Shown piece after piece: positions 35,205 through 45,466 of a stretch of DNA of 49,522 nucleotides. Numbering within the stretch: position 1 is the stretch's first letter; every line of letters begins with the position of its first letter. A model generated the notes under the pieces. It did no database searches and was not told where the DNA came from. It saw only the letters and a program-made list of their open reading frames with translations. This DNA comes from a virus (Duplodnaviria; Caudoviricetes). The translations under genes were made by a program, and so were the position numbers. The stretch covers positions 1 to 49,522 of the IMG/VR virus record IMGVR_UViG_3300020045_010094. One strand, given 5' to 3'.

Positions 35205-37609
35205 TAATTGTACCTCTGTGCAGCAGCAATATGGGCGGACACTGTGCGGCCTATGGCGCCAGCAGCCTTTAGGCCTTCCTGCGCATTAGTAACGCCAGGC
35301 AGGGTTATATTTCCGATAGTAACCTGCATGCCTCCGCCGCCTTTTGATCCTGCTCGCGACGCATTGCGGTTACTAACAACCTCTCCGCGCTGGTTTGGAA
35401 TCATATACTGACGACCGTTTGCAGCGTTAAATATTTCTGGCCTTCCGTTTTCGTTTACTCGGTGCATACTGTTTGCTGATACTGGTCCGCCGTATTGGCG
35501 GCCACTGCCCATGCTTATAGATTGAATATTGCTGACGATGCCAGCAGTCGCCGCCGCAACGCTCGCCATAGCGGCCAAATTGTACGGGAACGGGTTTGCT
35601 GCTGCCATCGCAATGCCGGTCTGGATAGCAAGAGCAGCTTGGGCAATTGCAGCAACTTTTTGCGCAAGAAACGCAGCCTTGTACATGCCAGATTGCTTGC
35701 CGAACGCATCGCCGATAGCATCTGTAGCGGCGCCGAAGCTCGATTCTATGGCCGCCAGCATCACCTGCTTTTTGGCAAGCTCTATCTGCATCAGCCTGTC
35801 TGCGTGCTCCTGCGCCATTTGCTGCTCAAGCGCTTGGTAGCCTCCAACAACCTCAAGCTCAAGCTGTTTGGCAGATTTTAGGCGCTCAAGCTGATCGGCA
35901 TAGCGCTTCTGTTCTTCTGCTGCCTCCGCATCGTAGCGAGCTGTTTGGTCATCAAATGGACCGCCCTGAAGTGGATCAAACTCGCCGCGAATCTTGCCTT
36001 TTACGTCTACGCCGAATTCTTTTTTCTGATCCTGCAGCTCGGTAATTTTGTAAATTTCGGCGGCAAGTTTTTTAACACTCTCTATTTGCTGTGGCGTGGC
36101 GTATTCATTGAGCGAAAGCTCTGCCTGCTTGATTGCCAGCTGCTCGCCAGATAGTGCAGCAAGGATAAGGTTTTGCTCAAGCTTTTTGAGAGTGTCCGCA
36201 TTCTGCTCTTGCGATGCCTTTAGCTTATCGGACGCCTCTTTTGCTTTTTTATCGACTTCGATTTTTGTGTTGGTGGCGCTTACCAATTTTTTAATTGGTT
36301 CGGCTTGCTTTTCGGTTGCGGCGGTAGATTCTTTCGCTGCTTCGGTTGCGCGCTTTGCGGATTCCTCTTGGTTTTTGTAAAACTCATCGATCAGTGCTTG
36401 TGTGGTGGCGATATTTTTCTCAATCTCTTCTTTCCTGAAAAGAACAAGGCCGCCGTATTCGTTTGAGCGTATGCGCTTAATTGGGCTTGCTAGCATTTCC
36501 TTGAATGTTGCAAGGTTTTCCTCAAGTCTCACTATGTCGTCACTAGCGGGGCCGCCAAATGTGGCCGCCATTTCTTCGGCAAGCCATTTAGTGAATTTTA
36601 CGGTTTCCTTTGCAGACTCAATAATGGTAGTAAATGCGCTAACAACAGCGCCCGCCAAAGCCTGAGCAGCCTCAATTGTTTCAGGGTCTTGCAGCACGGC
36701 AGACAGTTGGCCTACATTCTCAACAAGCACAGCGGTAGCTCCGCTGGACTCGTTCATCTTGCCAATAAATACCTGCACGCTGTTTTGCAGGGCGATAAAT
36801 GCATCTCGCCCGGTGGCATCCATCTGTGCGGCAAATTCTTTATTTACCTCCATGGACTGGCGAAATCCTTCGCTCAGAGCTTCAGTTGACAGCTTCCCTG
36901 TTGCGCCCAGCTCGCGTATTTTGGTGGTGGTTTCGCCAGTAGCAAGAGCAATACCCTGCACGATAGATGGAGTGGCGGCCAGGATAGACGCCCATGCATC
37001 CGCATCAATCTTGCCTTTCATCAGCGACTTAGAATATGCGTCCATGGCATTGGTGGCCTGATCCGCGCGCGCAGCATCTCGCACAAAGGCGTATGACATT
37101 GAGTCGGTAATGTCCAGAACTTCGGAGGTTGCATAGCCAAGATCACGCAATACGTCTGCGGTTGATAGATATACCTCTTGCGCTTCGGCCAGTGACCTAT
37201 AGGTGCCGTTTGCGGTCTGCAGTAGGCGCGCCTGCACCTTTTCGTATTCTTCAGTGCTGTCGGTGGCATTACGGATGCGGCTAGCCATATCCGTGTATTG
37301 ATCGGCAAGCGCCATAGAGCTTTGCAGAACCTTTAGCGCCAGATATCCAGATATGATTTTGGTCAGCTTCGACATTGCAGAGGATTGCTGCTCTGCCGAT
37401 CCGGTTACGCGCTTTATGGCCGCAGACAATGGATTCATTGCGCCAGCAGTCTTATTTGTGGTGCCGGTGAATTTCTTGGCGGATGCATCGGTCTTATCGA
37501 ATCCAGCCTGCAGCTTATCCAAAGACTCATCCGTCTTTTCCGTGCTTTTCATCAAAGCAGCGGTTTCCATATCAACGGTATAGGTAATTTCGCCTGCGCT
37601 TTCACTCAT
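35204..37609 (-). CDS. tail tape measure protein
   Basis: 801 aa, Ala-rich and helical; ADQYTDMASRI tape-measure domain; GRQYGGPV...VNENGRPE. Confidence 0.9.
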   Translation of the reverse strand: MSESAGEITYTVDMETAALMKSTEKTDESLDKLQAGFDKTDASAKKFTGTTNKTAGAMNPLSAAIKRVTGSAEQQSSAMSKLTKIISGYLALKVLQSSMALADQYTDMASRIRNATDSTEEYEKVQARLLQTANGTYRSLAEAQEVYLSTADVLRDLGYATSEVLDITDSMSYAFVRDAARADQATNAMDAYSKSLMKGKIDADAWASILAATPSIVQGIALATGETTTKIRELGATGKLSTEALSEGFRQSMEVNKEFAAQMDATGRDAFIALQNSVQVFIGKMNESSGATAVLVENVGQLSAVLQDPETIEAAQALAGAVVSAFTTIIESAKETVKFTKWLAEEMAATFGGPASDDIVRLEENLATFKEMLASPIKRIRSNEYGGLVLFRKEEIEKNIATTQALIDEFYKNQEESAKRATEAAKESTAATEKQAEPIKKLVSATNTKIEVDKKAKEASDKLKASQEQNADTLKKLEQNLILAALSGEQLAIKQAELSLNEYATPQQIESVKKLAAEIYKITELQDQKKEFGVDVKGKIRGEFDPLQGGPFDDQTARYDAEAAEEQKRYADQLERLKSAKQLELEVVGGYQALEQQMAQEHADRLMQIELAKKQVMLAAIESSFGAATDAIGDAFGKQSGMYKAAFLAQKVAAIAQAALAIQTGIAMAAANPFPYNLAAMASVAAATAGIVSNIQSISMGSGRQYGGPVSANSMHRVNENGRPEIFNAANGRQYMIPNQRGEVVSNRNASRAGSKGGGGMQVTIGNITLPGVTNAQEGLKAAGAIGRTVSAHIAAAQRYN

Positions 37610-38193
37610 TTTTTCTGCGCCTTTTCTGCTGCGTTGACTTTATCGAGCCAGTCCATCATTGAGTCGAGCTCTTTGAGCGTTGGTCGCGCGCGTGGCGGCG
37701 GCGGAAACTTGGCGCGCATGGCCATCACAAACCCGGTGACAGTCATATCCCACGCTTGCTGCTCGCTCATTCCAAGGTGCGCAATCGCCATTGCCACTAT
37801 ACCAGCGGGTTCGAATTTTGACGCATATTCTTTCTTTGGCGCGTCCAAATCTTCGTCGTCAATTTGCGGGCCGACAAGACCATGACGAATCAATGCCGAT
37901 GCCAATATGATAATTTTCTGCGGATTAATTAGCCCTGGTATCCACCGGTTAGCCTGCGATCCAGTTTGGCCGACAAGCTCGGTAATATCCTCACCAATGC
38001 AAACCTGCAGAACCTCGACAGAAGCCAAAAATCTTGCATGCTCAATATCGCGACCACCGGCAGGCGCGTGAATATCCGAAAACGACTTTACGGCGTCATC
38101 CAGCAGGCTCATTGCATAAAGCGATGGCCTAAACAAAAAATCACGGCTTTTGGCCGTGATTCCTATTTCACCGAACGCGACAAATGCCCGCAT
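37606..38193 (-). CDS. tail assembly chaperone-like protein (DUF6246-like)
   Basis: Between tail tube and TMP; GEIGI...FLFRPSL.AM and AHLGMSEQQAWDMT motifs. Confidence 0.7.
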   Translation of the reverse strand: MRAFVAFGEIGITAKSRDFLFRPSLYAMSLLDDAVKSFSDIHAPAGGRDIEHARFLASVEVLQVCIGEDITELVGQTGSQANRWIPGLINPQKIIILASALIRHGLVGPQIDDEDLDAPKKEYASKFEPAGIVAMAIAHLGMSEQQAWDMTVTGFVMAMRAKFPPPPRARPTLKELDSMMDWLDKVNAAEKAQKK

Positions 38194-38943
38194 TTACGCG
38201 GTCACCGTGATCACGCTTGTGTCAACGATAGAGTTGTTGGTGCGCACCGATACCACGATAGTCGCAGAACCTGCAGCAATCGGGGTAACAAGACCGGTAG
38301 AGCTAACGGTGGCGATAGCAGGGTCAGACGACACAAAGTTAACCAATTGCGGCGCACCGGTTGGGCCAACAGTCCATGCAAGTTGCATGGTGTCGAGGTC
38401 GCTAACATCAAGAGCGTCGGTAGCTGGTGTCACAACCAAGCTGGTTGGCACTACTGGCGTCGGGGTGTCCTGCACAATCAAGCCGAATTCGCTTGAGGTT
38501 GCAGTGCCCTCAAATGAGTAGGTGGCAACATCATCATAAGGAGCTTCGCGTCCGTAGGTTGAAACCAGCATGTAAGCAATAAAAGTAAGGTCCGGGTAAC
38601 GCATACGAATCCACGCAACCGGCTGATCGTTGTAATCTTCACCAGGATTGATAACGTGCTTGGTCAAATCAACCAGGTTTGTATCGGCACCAGTGCCCTT
38701 GCGCAGAACACCGTCAATACTGACAGTCATTTGCTTAAAGGTTGCCAAGTTGGAGCGAAGATTGCCGACGCTATCGTCGGCAGTGGTGTCAACGGTATCC
38801 CATTCAATATTTAGTGACTTGGTGCGACCGCCGCCAATAGAAAGCCAGTTAAAAGCGACATCCGTGGGGTCAACATCACCGCACGCCAATGCGTACTCAA
38901 TGGTGACATCACGACCGACAAAATCTGTTTGATTACAAGGCAT
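38194..38943 (-). CDS. major tail tube protein with C-terminal Ig-like (Big_2) domain
   Basis: RTKSLNIEWDTVDTTADD, APYDDVATYS; SSDPAIATVSSTGLVT Ig motif. Confidence 0.88.
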   Translation of the reverse strand: MPCNQTDFVGRDVTIEYALACGDVDPTDVAFNWLSIGGGRTKSLNIEWDTVDTTADDSVGNLRSNLATFKQMTVSIDGVLRKGTGADTNLVDLTKHVINPGEDYNDQPVAWIRMRYPDLTFIAYMLVSTYGREAPYDDVATYSFEGTATSSEFGLIVQDTPTPVVPTSLVVTPATDALDVSDLDTMQLAWTVGPTGAPQLVNFVSSDPAIATVSSTGLVTPIAAGSATIVVSVRTNNSIVDTSVITVTA

Positions 38944-38952
38944 GATGCCCTC

Positions 38953-39330
38953 CTAATTTGTGATTACTTGAAAGTTAAGTTCGCACCACGGCCGGTTTTC
39001 GGTAGTGATGCCCGGCCCGATTATACCGCCTATTACCTCAATTTGTGTAATTCCACAAGCCTGATAATCGCCGGTAATTGTGCGCGATAGTGTTGCCGCC
39101 GCTATTTCGTCGAGCGTTTGGGTGTTTCCGTCGATTGGGCCAAGCATAATGACGCGAATATTTTGCTTGCGCGTGAATACGTTTGAGCCGCCGCCACCGC
39201 TACCGGCAAGCGAAACCATGTACTTATCGCGATTGCTATCATCGTCAACCCACGGACCGCGGAAATACACGGCAGTTGATAGCCAGTCTTGAAGCTTTAG
39301 CCATTCGATTAGCGCGTCGATGTTACTCAA
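38953..39330 (-). CDS. tail terminator-like protein
   Basis: Position upstream of the tail tube; TENRPWCELNF C-terminal pattern. Confidence 0.65.
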   Translation of the reverse strand: MSNIDALIEWLKLQDWLSTAVYFRGPWVDDDSNRDKYMVSLAGSGGGGSNVFTRKQNIRVIMLGPIDGNTQTLDEIAAATLSRTITGDYQACGITQIEVIGGIIGPGITTENRPWCELNFQVITN

Positions 39331-39791
39331 ATCTGCATCACCTTTTTGACTACGGCGTCAATTTCTTTGCGGTTATCCTCAAAGCCATGCGTAAGGAATT
39401 GCGGCTCGCCTTGTGGGTCCCAGTAGTTGCCCTGGCCGGTTCCGCCACCAAATGCGCGCGGCTGTTGTGGTCCTGCTGACGACTGGTTTCCGGTCATTCC
39501 GAAATTCGCTCTCGGCTGGCCTTTTAGCTTACCCTTCATGGCGTGAACTGCTGCGGCATAGTTAGCAGTAAATCCCATGCGTCCGCGCCAACCGCTGGCG
39601 GCCTTTTCGACAATCTCAAATCTGCTATTTACAAGATTACCAGTATCAACTGGAACCATGGTTACGGCATGGCCACCGCCAACATAAAGCGCAGCCTGTA
39701 TTGCCTTGGGCGCTTTATCGTCGGAGATATCCTGAATAATGCCTTTAAGTTTCACGCGAACTTTATTCAGGCTGTTGTTTTTTACTGGCAT
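39327..39791 (-). CDS. neck protein (HK97 gp10-like)
   Basis: VPVDTGNLVNSRF, GFTANYAAAVH and EPQFL motifs. Confidence 0.75.
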   Translation of the reverse strand: MPVKNNSLNKVRVKLKGIIQDISDDKAPKAIQAALYVGGGHAVTMVPVDTGNLVNSRFEIVEKAASGWRGRMGFTANYAAAVHAMKGKLKGQPRANFGMTGNQSSAGPQQPRAFGGGTGQGNYWDPQGEPQFLTHGFEDNRKEIDAVVKKVMQI

Positions 39792-40114
39792 CAGGTCACC
39801 AATAAGTAGTCGGGAATATCCCCAAACATCGCCATATCCCATATCGTGCGCGAGCGTATTTCCTGCGGCAGCGCATCGGGATGATCGAGTGTAATTTTGT
39901 CAAGATACTTGGGGCGGTCGTCTTCGGTATAAATCAAATACCGGCTTACGAATTCCTGCCCTTTTTCATCGCGGCGCTGTTCGGCGGCTGCGGTGTAGTT
40001 GCACCATATTGTAAACGGCGCACCGTAAACGTTTTGGTTGGTCTGCCCGTTCTTGCTGATGAATGGCGTTACGGTGGCCTGCGCCTTGTATGACCATCTG
40101 GCTATTGTTGACAA
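39791..40114 (-). CDS. head closure / head-tail joining protein
   Basis: STIARWSY.A.AT pattern and position in the neck module. Confidence 0.65.
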   Translation of the reverse strand: MSTIARWSYKAQATVTPFISKNGQTNQNVYGAPFTIWCNYTAAAEQRRDEKGQEFVSRYLIYTEDDRPKYLDKITLDHPDALPQEIRSRTIWDMAMFGDIPDYLLVT

Positions 40115-40500
40115 CCGCAACCACCTTGCCCAATGAACAGGGCTGCACCAAGCTCGCCCGGCTTGGGCGGTATTAATCCGGTCGCGCAGCCGTGAATATC
40201 AATCGATTCCAGCAGCCCATAAAGCGAGTCGTAGCGCTCTGACAATGTGCCGTATTTATACGACTGTGCAGCTCCAGACGGTGCGCGCTGGCTTGTGACA
40301 TATCGGTCACCCTGCACGGTGCCAAGCAGGCCAATTGTGTACAGCAGAATCAGCATTGCATCGGCATCGCTGTAGCCATTGTCGATAAGGCATTGGGTGA
40401 TTGAATTGACCTTATCGACCAGCAATTGCAGCATGAAGTCAGGCAGCACAATGCCGAGCGACGCGAGAAATTCTTTGGCTTGCTCAAGTGTTAGTTCCAT
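40102..40500 (-). CDS. head-tail adaptor
   Basis: SQRAPSGAAQSY and D..GC motifs of T1-like adaptors. Confidence 0.7.
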   Translation of the reverse strand: MELTLEQAKEFLASLGIVLPDFMLQLLVDKVNSITQCLIDNGYSDADAMLILLYTIGLLGTVQGDRYVTSQRAPSGAAQSYKYGTLSERYDSLYGLLESIDIHGCATGLIPPKPGELGAALFIGQGGCGCQQ

Positions 40501-40530
40501 GATCAAAGATTACTCCAAATCGCGGATAAT

Positions 40531-40552
40531 AAAAAGCCCGCACTTGGCGGGC
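40531..40552 (-). terminator. intrinsic terminator
   Basis: GCCCGC-CAAGT-GCGGGC-TTTTT on the minus strand. Confidence 0.7.
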
Positions 40553-40576
40553 AAAGGAGCTTAGCACTACGAAAAA

Positions 40577-40975
40577 TTAACGATGATTTTTGTTGCCGGA
40601 ATTTGACGCCTTTGCTTCTTCGAGCATTTTAGCAGCCTCGGCCTTGGCACCATTCAAAATACCGTCAGCGTCTGAGCGAGCCTGATCCAGAATCTTGGCA
40701 GCCTCGGCCTTGGCTTCAGCAACAACGGCTTCGCGAGCCTCGTGGAATTTTTCAACAGCTTCATCGGTAAATGCTTTGGCCTTAGCTTCGGCATCGGCAA
40801 TGATCTCAGCAGCTTTTGATTCTGCCTTGGACGTATCGGTTACGCCATTCAAAATAAGCTCAACATTAGGCAGCAGCGATGGATTTACAGGAACTTTCAA
40901 TTCAATCTCTGCACCAACATCAGGGCCGCCAATCCATGCGCGCTTTACACGAAACTTTTCTTTTTTCTCAGTCAT
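40577..40975 (-). CDS. hypothetical head-module protein with Ala/Glu/Lys repeats
   Basis: Follows the capsid gene; AKAEAAKIL-type repeats. Confidence 0.7.
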   Translation of the reverse strand: MTEKKEKFRVKRAWIGGPDVGAEIELKVPVNPSLLPNVELILNGVTDTSKAESKAAEIIADAEAKAKAFTDEAVEKFHEAREAVVAEAKAEAAKILDQARSDADGILNGAKAEAAKMLEEAKASNSGNKNHR

Positions 40976-40995
40976 GATCAAATCCTCAAAAATCA

Positions 40996-41013
40996 GCGGG
41001 CAATTAAGCCCGC
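40996..41013 (-). terminator. hairpin/terminator after the major capsid gene
   Basis: GCGGGC-6 nt-GCCCGC followed by TGATTTTT on the minus strand. Confidence 0.5.
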
Positions 41014-41030
41014 CAATTTATTGGTTATGG

Positions 41031-42074
41031 TTAGTCAAGGTCTGCGCCGTAGAACACGCCGCCCATGCCGTTACCGTCAACAGTAACCTGCATGCCCATT
41101 GCACCCATAATCTGGAAATTATAGTTGCTTTGTGGCATCGGGCGAGGCAGTGCGATAACGCTGGTAGTCATGCCGATTAACGGGCTCACTACGCTGCGTT
41201 GACGCACATAGCCAAGGAACTCATTACCGGTAAGCGCGAAGGTTTGGCGGATAGCTTTCACGCGGATAAAGCGCAGCAAGTAATCCATCACAGTGCCAAC
41301 GGTAACACCATTCTCAACGTAAACCTTGCTGAGGTTGGTCATAATTTCGGGCGACACCCAAAGAATGTCCAATGAATCAACGCGGTTAGCGATAAGAGTG
41401 GTGGCAAAATCGCCCTGAAAAAACGCAATCAACTGGGCGGCGGTTGCTGTAGTCAGGTTCACGTTAAGACCGGCAGCGCCAAGGTTAAACTTCTTGGTGT
41501 TGCGGTGATTACGCAGGCCTTGAGAAGCTTTGCCATCAACAACAATTTTGGCGTTACCGTCAAGCGCATGAGTAACAAGCTTTTTGTTGTACTCTTTCAT
41601 TTTCGCCATTTGCGAATCGCGGGCAAGATCAATACCAACGGTTTGCAGGCCGCGCTGATAGCGCCAGTTGACGCCGTAACCAGCGGTGATGATTGGGATC
41701 GGATCGGCATCGGTATCGTATTCGGTGTGATCGAATGAATACGGCGCTTGGCCATCCATGCTCACAGACACGTCATCAGCGATAGCGCCGACCATGTTGT
41801 AAGCCTTAACGGTTTTGCCAATATCCAAAGTGGTCTGCACAGCCAGCAAATCCTGGATGATTTCCATCCCTGTTTCCTGGTCGCGCATTTCCAGAATGAT
41901 CGCATCGGTGGCGCGCCAGAAATCACGAGTCAACAGAGAGTCATTAGCCTGAAGGCCATTATTAACATAAATGGCTTGGTCGTGATTTTCTGAGAATGTG
42001 CGGTTTTGCCACATGTAGTCCCAGTGATTTTTTGCTCTGGCATCGTTCGCCAGCAATTCGCGTGTAAAAAACAT
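41031..42074 (-). CDS. major capsid protein
   Basis: 347 aa; position after the decoration gene; DPIPII..GYGVNWR and GLRNHRNT motifs; strong codon bias. Confidence 0.85.
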   Translation of the reverse strand: MFFTRELLANDARAKNHWDYMWQNRTFSENHDQAIYVNNGLQANDSLLTRDFWRATDAIILEMRDQETGMEIIQDLLAVQTTLDIGKTVKAYNMVGAIADDVSVSMDGQAPYSFDHTEYDTDADPIPIITAGYGVNWRYQRGLQTVGIDLARDSQMAKMKEYNKKLVTHALDGNAKIVVDGKASQGLRNHRNTKKFNLGAAGLNVNLTTATAAQLIAFFQGDFATTLIANRVDSLDILWVSPEIMTNLSKVYVENGVTVGTVMDYLLRFIRVKAIRQTFALTGNEFLGYVRQRSVVSPLIGMTTSVIALPRPMPQSNYNFQIMGAMGMQVTVDGNGMGGVFYGADLD

Positions 42075-42112
42075 ATATTGCTCTCCTAATTAGAGTCAGT
42101 ATGGCGCCAGCG

Positions 42113-42574
42113 TTAGCTGATCGCCTTATACTGAGCGCGAACCATTACGAAATCATCGCCGCCAGCACCGTCAATAGTGACAGCCTCGTCAGCGAACCCC
42201 AAGATAACGTGAGTACCAGGAGTGGCAACGATGCCTCTGCCGGTGGTCGCGTGCAAAGTGATTGGCGCGTCTTTTACGCAAGTAAAGCCTTGGATAACAC
42301 GAACCGCAAACACGCGGCCATTTTCCCATAGGTTGCCGATTGCAGAATCATTGATAGGTACGGCATCCATGATGCCTAAACCCTGGTGCTCTGCGGCTCC
42401 AATCAGGTAAAGCTTTTTGGCTGCATCAGCAGTTACTGCTTGCTGAAACTTTTGAGTTGTGGTGTCAAGAATACAGAATGTGCCGGGCAATGTAGCAGCC
42501 TCAACCGGATAGGTTTCGGTTTTATACAGTGACTGACCGTCTATATTGACACGGCGATAGCGTGGTTTTGCCAT
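42113..42574 (-). CDS. capsid decoration/stabilising protein
   Basis: MAKPRYRRVNIDG start; 153 aa between protease and capsid genes. Confidence 0.7.
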   Translation of the reverse strand: MAKPRYRRVNIDGQSLYKTETYPVEAATLPGTFCILDTTTQKFQQAVTADAAKKLYLIGAAEHQGLGIMDAVPINDSAIGNLWENGRVFAVRVIQGFTCVKDAPITLHATTGRGIVATPGTHVILGFADEAVTIDGAGGDDFVMVRAQYKAIS

Positions 42575-42619
42575 TTTGCTACTCCAGTGTTTTTAAATCC
42601 GGTTGAGGTTTTGGGTTAA

Positions 42620-43999
42620 TTATTTAGCGAAATAAGAGTCAGGATCTGGCGCCTTATTCTTGTCGCTGTTTGCATTCAAATTGCCAGTGGTGGTTGACTC
42701 ACCATTGGGCTGCAACTTTTTAAACGCTTCGACCAGCGCATCACCTTTCAGCATTTCGGCTGCGGCGTTACCGATGATCTTGGCAACTTCTGTGCGCATT
42801 TCGGTTTCGGCTTTGTCGGTAGCTGCATTGGCGTTGGCCTGCAGTGATGCCAAGGTTACGCCGTGCTGGTTAATGGTGTCCTGCAAAGGCTTGATTACGG
42901 ACTGCATATTGGCAAGAAATTCTTCATTCTGCTTTTTCAGGGCTGCCGCCAATTCTTCTGGTGTCATGTCAATGGCCTCCGAGGGCGTTTTAGGGGTGAT
43001 ATCTGTAACTTCACCACGCGAGTTTAAAACAAATTTAAAAGATTGCAAAAGGGTATTGACTAATGGGATTTTCTCCATCCACGTTTCTTTTCTGGCAACT
43101 GGCTTTGAGTCTGACCCCCACACCACCTTCCCATCGGTAATCGCATAGCTCAGTACGTTGCTGCCAGTCTCAGTTGTGACGATTGCACGGACACTATCGA
43201 AATCCTCAACCCATGCATAACCTTCGCGGGTGCCGAATGATTCTTTTGCTGCATCGCTCAACATGCGCATGCGGTTGCCGTAGGAATCGGATGATAAAGC
43301 GCTTGAATTCGCAGTCAAAGGCTTAGCATCGGCAACGTTTACCATCAGCCCAACACCTTGCTCAGGAGTGGCGGCACCGTTAACGTCCAGCAGAATGGCA
43401 TCGTGATCCATGGCGAATATTTTGGCCTTCCATTTGAACCCGGCGGCATTTGGCGTTAGTTCACGATTGGCGTAAACCGCAACACTGGTGTGAATAGGCT
43501 TTGAATCCTCAACGGCTTTAAGCAGGCGCTCACCATCGGGAAACTTTTTGGCGTGGGCGATTGGCACCCATTTTTCCATATAGATTCGGTTGCCGCGGCG
43601 CTCAACATTAGCGTTAAACGCGCCGATGTGGTTGCTGATCAATGCCTTTGGATGGAAGGCGCTTACATACTGGCCATCAATCATGGGGTGACCCATTGGA
43701 GCTAAAGTGTTGTTGAGCTCCATGTAGTGCTTGTCGATTTCGTCGCGCGTATACAGTCCGTCATTCATCACCACGTTATCGGGCAGCGTGTAGGAAGGCA
43801 GGACAAGATACTCGACGCCATCGCTAGTTTCGTTGCGAATTTCGGAGGCGTTAACCTGGATGTAAAGGTGGGAAAGCTTGTCGGCTGTGCGGTCTGATGA
43901 TGTGCCGGAGTCGTTGACGATTAGCTCGACTTCGCGGCTATGCTTCTGGAAAATGCTGCCGCACAGCATGGCAATAACCATTGATTTTACTCGATTCAT
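42620..43999 (-). CDS. prohead protease / scaffold protein
   Basis: VVMNDGLY, APMGHP, IHTSVA and DHDAILL..GAATPEQGVG motifs; coiled-coil C-terminus; start codon uncertain. Confidence 0.82.
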   Translation of the reverse strand: MNRVKSMVIAMLCGSIFQKHSREVELIVNDSGTSSDRTADKLSHLYIQVNASEIRNETSDGVEYLVLPSYTLPDNVVMNDGLYTRDEIDKHYMELNNTLAPMGHPMIDGQYVSAFHPKALISNHIGAFNANVERRGNRIYMEKWVPIAHAKKFPDGERLLKAVEDSKPIHTSVAVYANRELTPNAAGFKWKAKIFAMDHDAILLDVNGAATPEQGVGLMVNVADAKPLTANSSALSSDSYGNRMRMLSDAAKESFGTREGYAWVEDFDSVRAIVTTETGSNVLSYAITDGKVVWGSDSKPVARKETWMEKIPLVNTLLQSFKFVLNSRGEVTDITPKTPSEAIDMTPEELAAALKKQNEEFLANMQSVIKPLQDTINQHGVTLASLQANANAATDKAETEMRTEVAKIIGNAAAEMLKGDALVEAFKKLQPNGESTTTGNLNANSDKNKAPDPDSYFAK

Positions 44000-44013
44000 A
44001 GATGCACCATTAA

Positions 44014-44042
44014 TGTGGTAGTATTTTCCCCATCCTACCACA
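44014..44042. promoter_or_regulatory. face-to-face extended -10 promoter pair
   Basis: TGTGGTAGTAT (+, 44014-24) and TGTGGTAGGAT (-, 44032-42) in the 72-bp divergent gap. Confidence 0.55.
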
Positions 44043-44071
44043 CCGAAAATCATTACACCAAGGGCGCGCCC

Positions 44072-45466
44072 ATGAGCGAATTAACACCGGAAACACTCGA
44101 ACAGGTTCAGCTGCAGGTTAACAACGTATTCCTCGAAAATATCCGCGCCACGATGGCAGGGATGTCGGCTGGTTCTGATGCCAAGCGCCCGCGCGCTTGG
44201 TGCGAGTATGGATACCCCGAAGTCATTGACCAAAACATGCTCTACAACATGTATGACCGCAATGGGCTTGCCTTTGGTGCTGTCAATATCATCCACGAAA
44301 AGTGTTTTGAGACTGATCCGGTTATCTACGAAGGAGAGGAAACCGAAGATAAAGACAAACAAAAAACAGCATGGGATAAGCAGATTGCTAAGCTACTAAA
44401 AGACGGTGATTTGCTCGACTACTTCGCAGAGGCCGACCTATATCGTATGGTTAGCGGCTGGTCTGGACTGCTGATTCAATACCAGGATGGCGGCAAGTGG
44501 ACAGACCCTGTAGGCAATAAGCCAAAGGGCATTGTTAAGCTGATTCCTGCATGGGCAGTACAGCTAACACCTGGCGATATAAATACAGATGCGGACAGCG
44601 ATAACTACGGCGAGCCTCGATCATGGCAATACAATGAAGGCGACCTGCGCAACAACACAACCACGTCCGGCGCATCGGTAGCAGCCCGCCAAATCACCGT
44701 GCACCCTGATCGAATCCTTATCCTTGGCAATTGGCGCACCGGGCGCTCTGAGCTGCGCGCACCCTACAACAACTTTATCAACATCGAGAAAATCGAGGGT
44801 GGATCGGGCGAATCATTCCTGAAAAACGCCGCCCGTCAGATCGCAATGAATTTTGATAAGGATGTGAAGCTTCAGGAAATCGCCAAAGCCTACAATGTAC
44901 CTATGAGCCAATTCCAAAACATTCTGGACAAAGCTGCGCGCTCATTCAACCAAGGCATCGACAGCATTATGATGACCCAGGGGGCGGACGTAAAAGCCAT
45001 ACAGTCAACAATGCCGGACCCTGAAAAGCCCTATAACGTAAACCTTCAGTCAATCGCATCGGCCATGCGCGCACCCGCTAAAATTCTTGTTGGCATGCAG
45101 ACCGGGGAGCGTGCTAGCAGTGAGGATATCGACCAATTTAATGAGCGCTGCCAAGGTCGGCGCGTGAAGGTTATCAACAAAGACCTGCGCGGGTTTGTTC
45201 GCAAGCTGGCAGAAGCAAAAGTGATTAATCCGGTATCGGAGTTTTATATTCACTGGGACGATCTGAGCGAGTCAACGCAGTCAGAGAAGCTGGCCAATGC
45301 ACTGGTTATGTCTGATGTGAACCAGAAAAATGCGACATTTGGGGAGGTTTACACACGTGAGCAGATAATAATTGCCAGCGGTTTCGAGCCTTCACCTGAA
45401 TTGGCGCCACTACCCGAGCTGCCCGATCCTGTGGCGCCACAACCACAACCACCGGTAGCTGAATAA
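44072..45466 (+). CDS. portal protein (DUF1073-like, T1-type)
   Basis: RPRAWCEYGYP, VHPDRI, GGSGESFLKNAARQ and ILVGMQTGERASSED motifs. Confidence 0.88.
   Translation: MSELTPETLEQVQLQVNNVFLENIRATMAGMSAGSDAKRPRAWCEYGYPEVIDQNMLYNMYDRNGLAFGAVNIIHEKCFETDPVIYEGEETEDKDKQKTAWDKQIAKLLKDGDLLDYFAEADLYRMVSGWSGLLIQYQDGGKWTDPVGNKPKGIVKLIPAWAVQLTPGDINTDADSDNYGEPRSWQYNEGDLRNNTTTSGASVAARQITVHPDRILILGNWRTGRSELRAPYNNFINIEKIEGGSGESFLKNAARQIAMNFDKDVKLQEIAKAYNVPMSQFQNILDKAARSFNQGIDSIMMTQGADVKAIQSTMPDPEKPYNVNLQSIASAMRAPAKILVGMQTGERASSEDIDQFNERCQGRRVKVINKDLRGFVRKLAEAKVINPVSEFYIHWDDLSESTQSEKLANALVMSDVNQKNATFGEVYTREQIIIASGFEPSPELAPLPELPDPVAPQPQPPVAE

Noticed and set aside
37606-38193. Programmed frameshift in the tail assembly chaperone
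   Set aside because: A single ORF spans the whole tube-to-TMP interval, so no frameshift is needed.
44072-45466. Anti-CBASS Acb1 call sometimes attached to DUF1073 proteins
   Set aside because: Size, motifs and adjacency to MuF indicate a portal, and no 2H-phosphoesterase HxT motif pair was seen.
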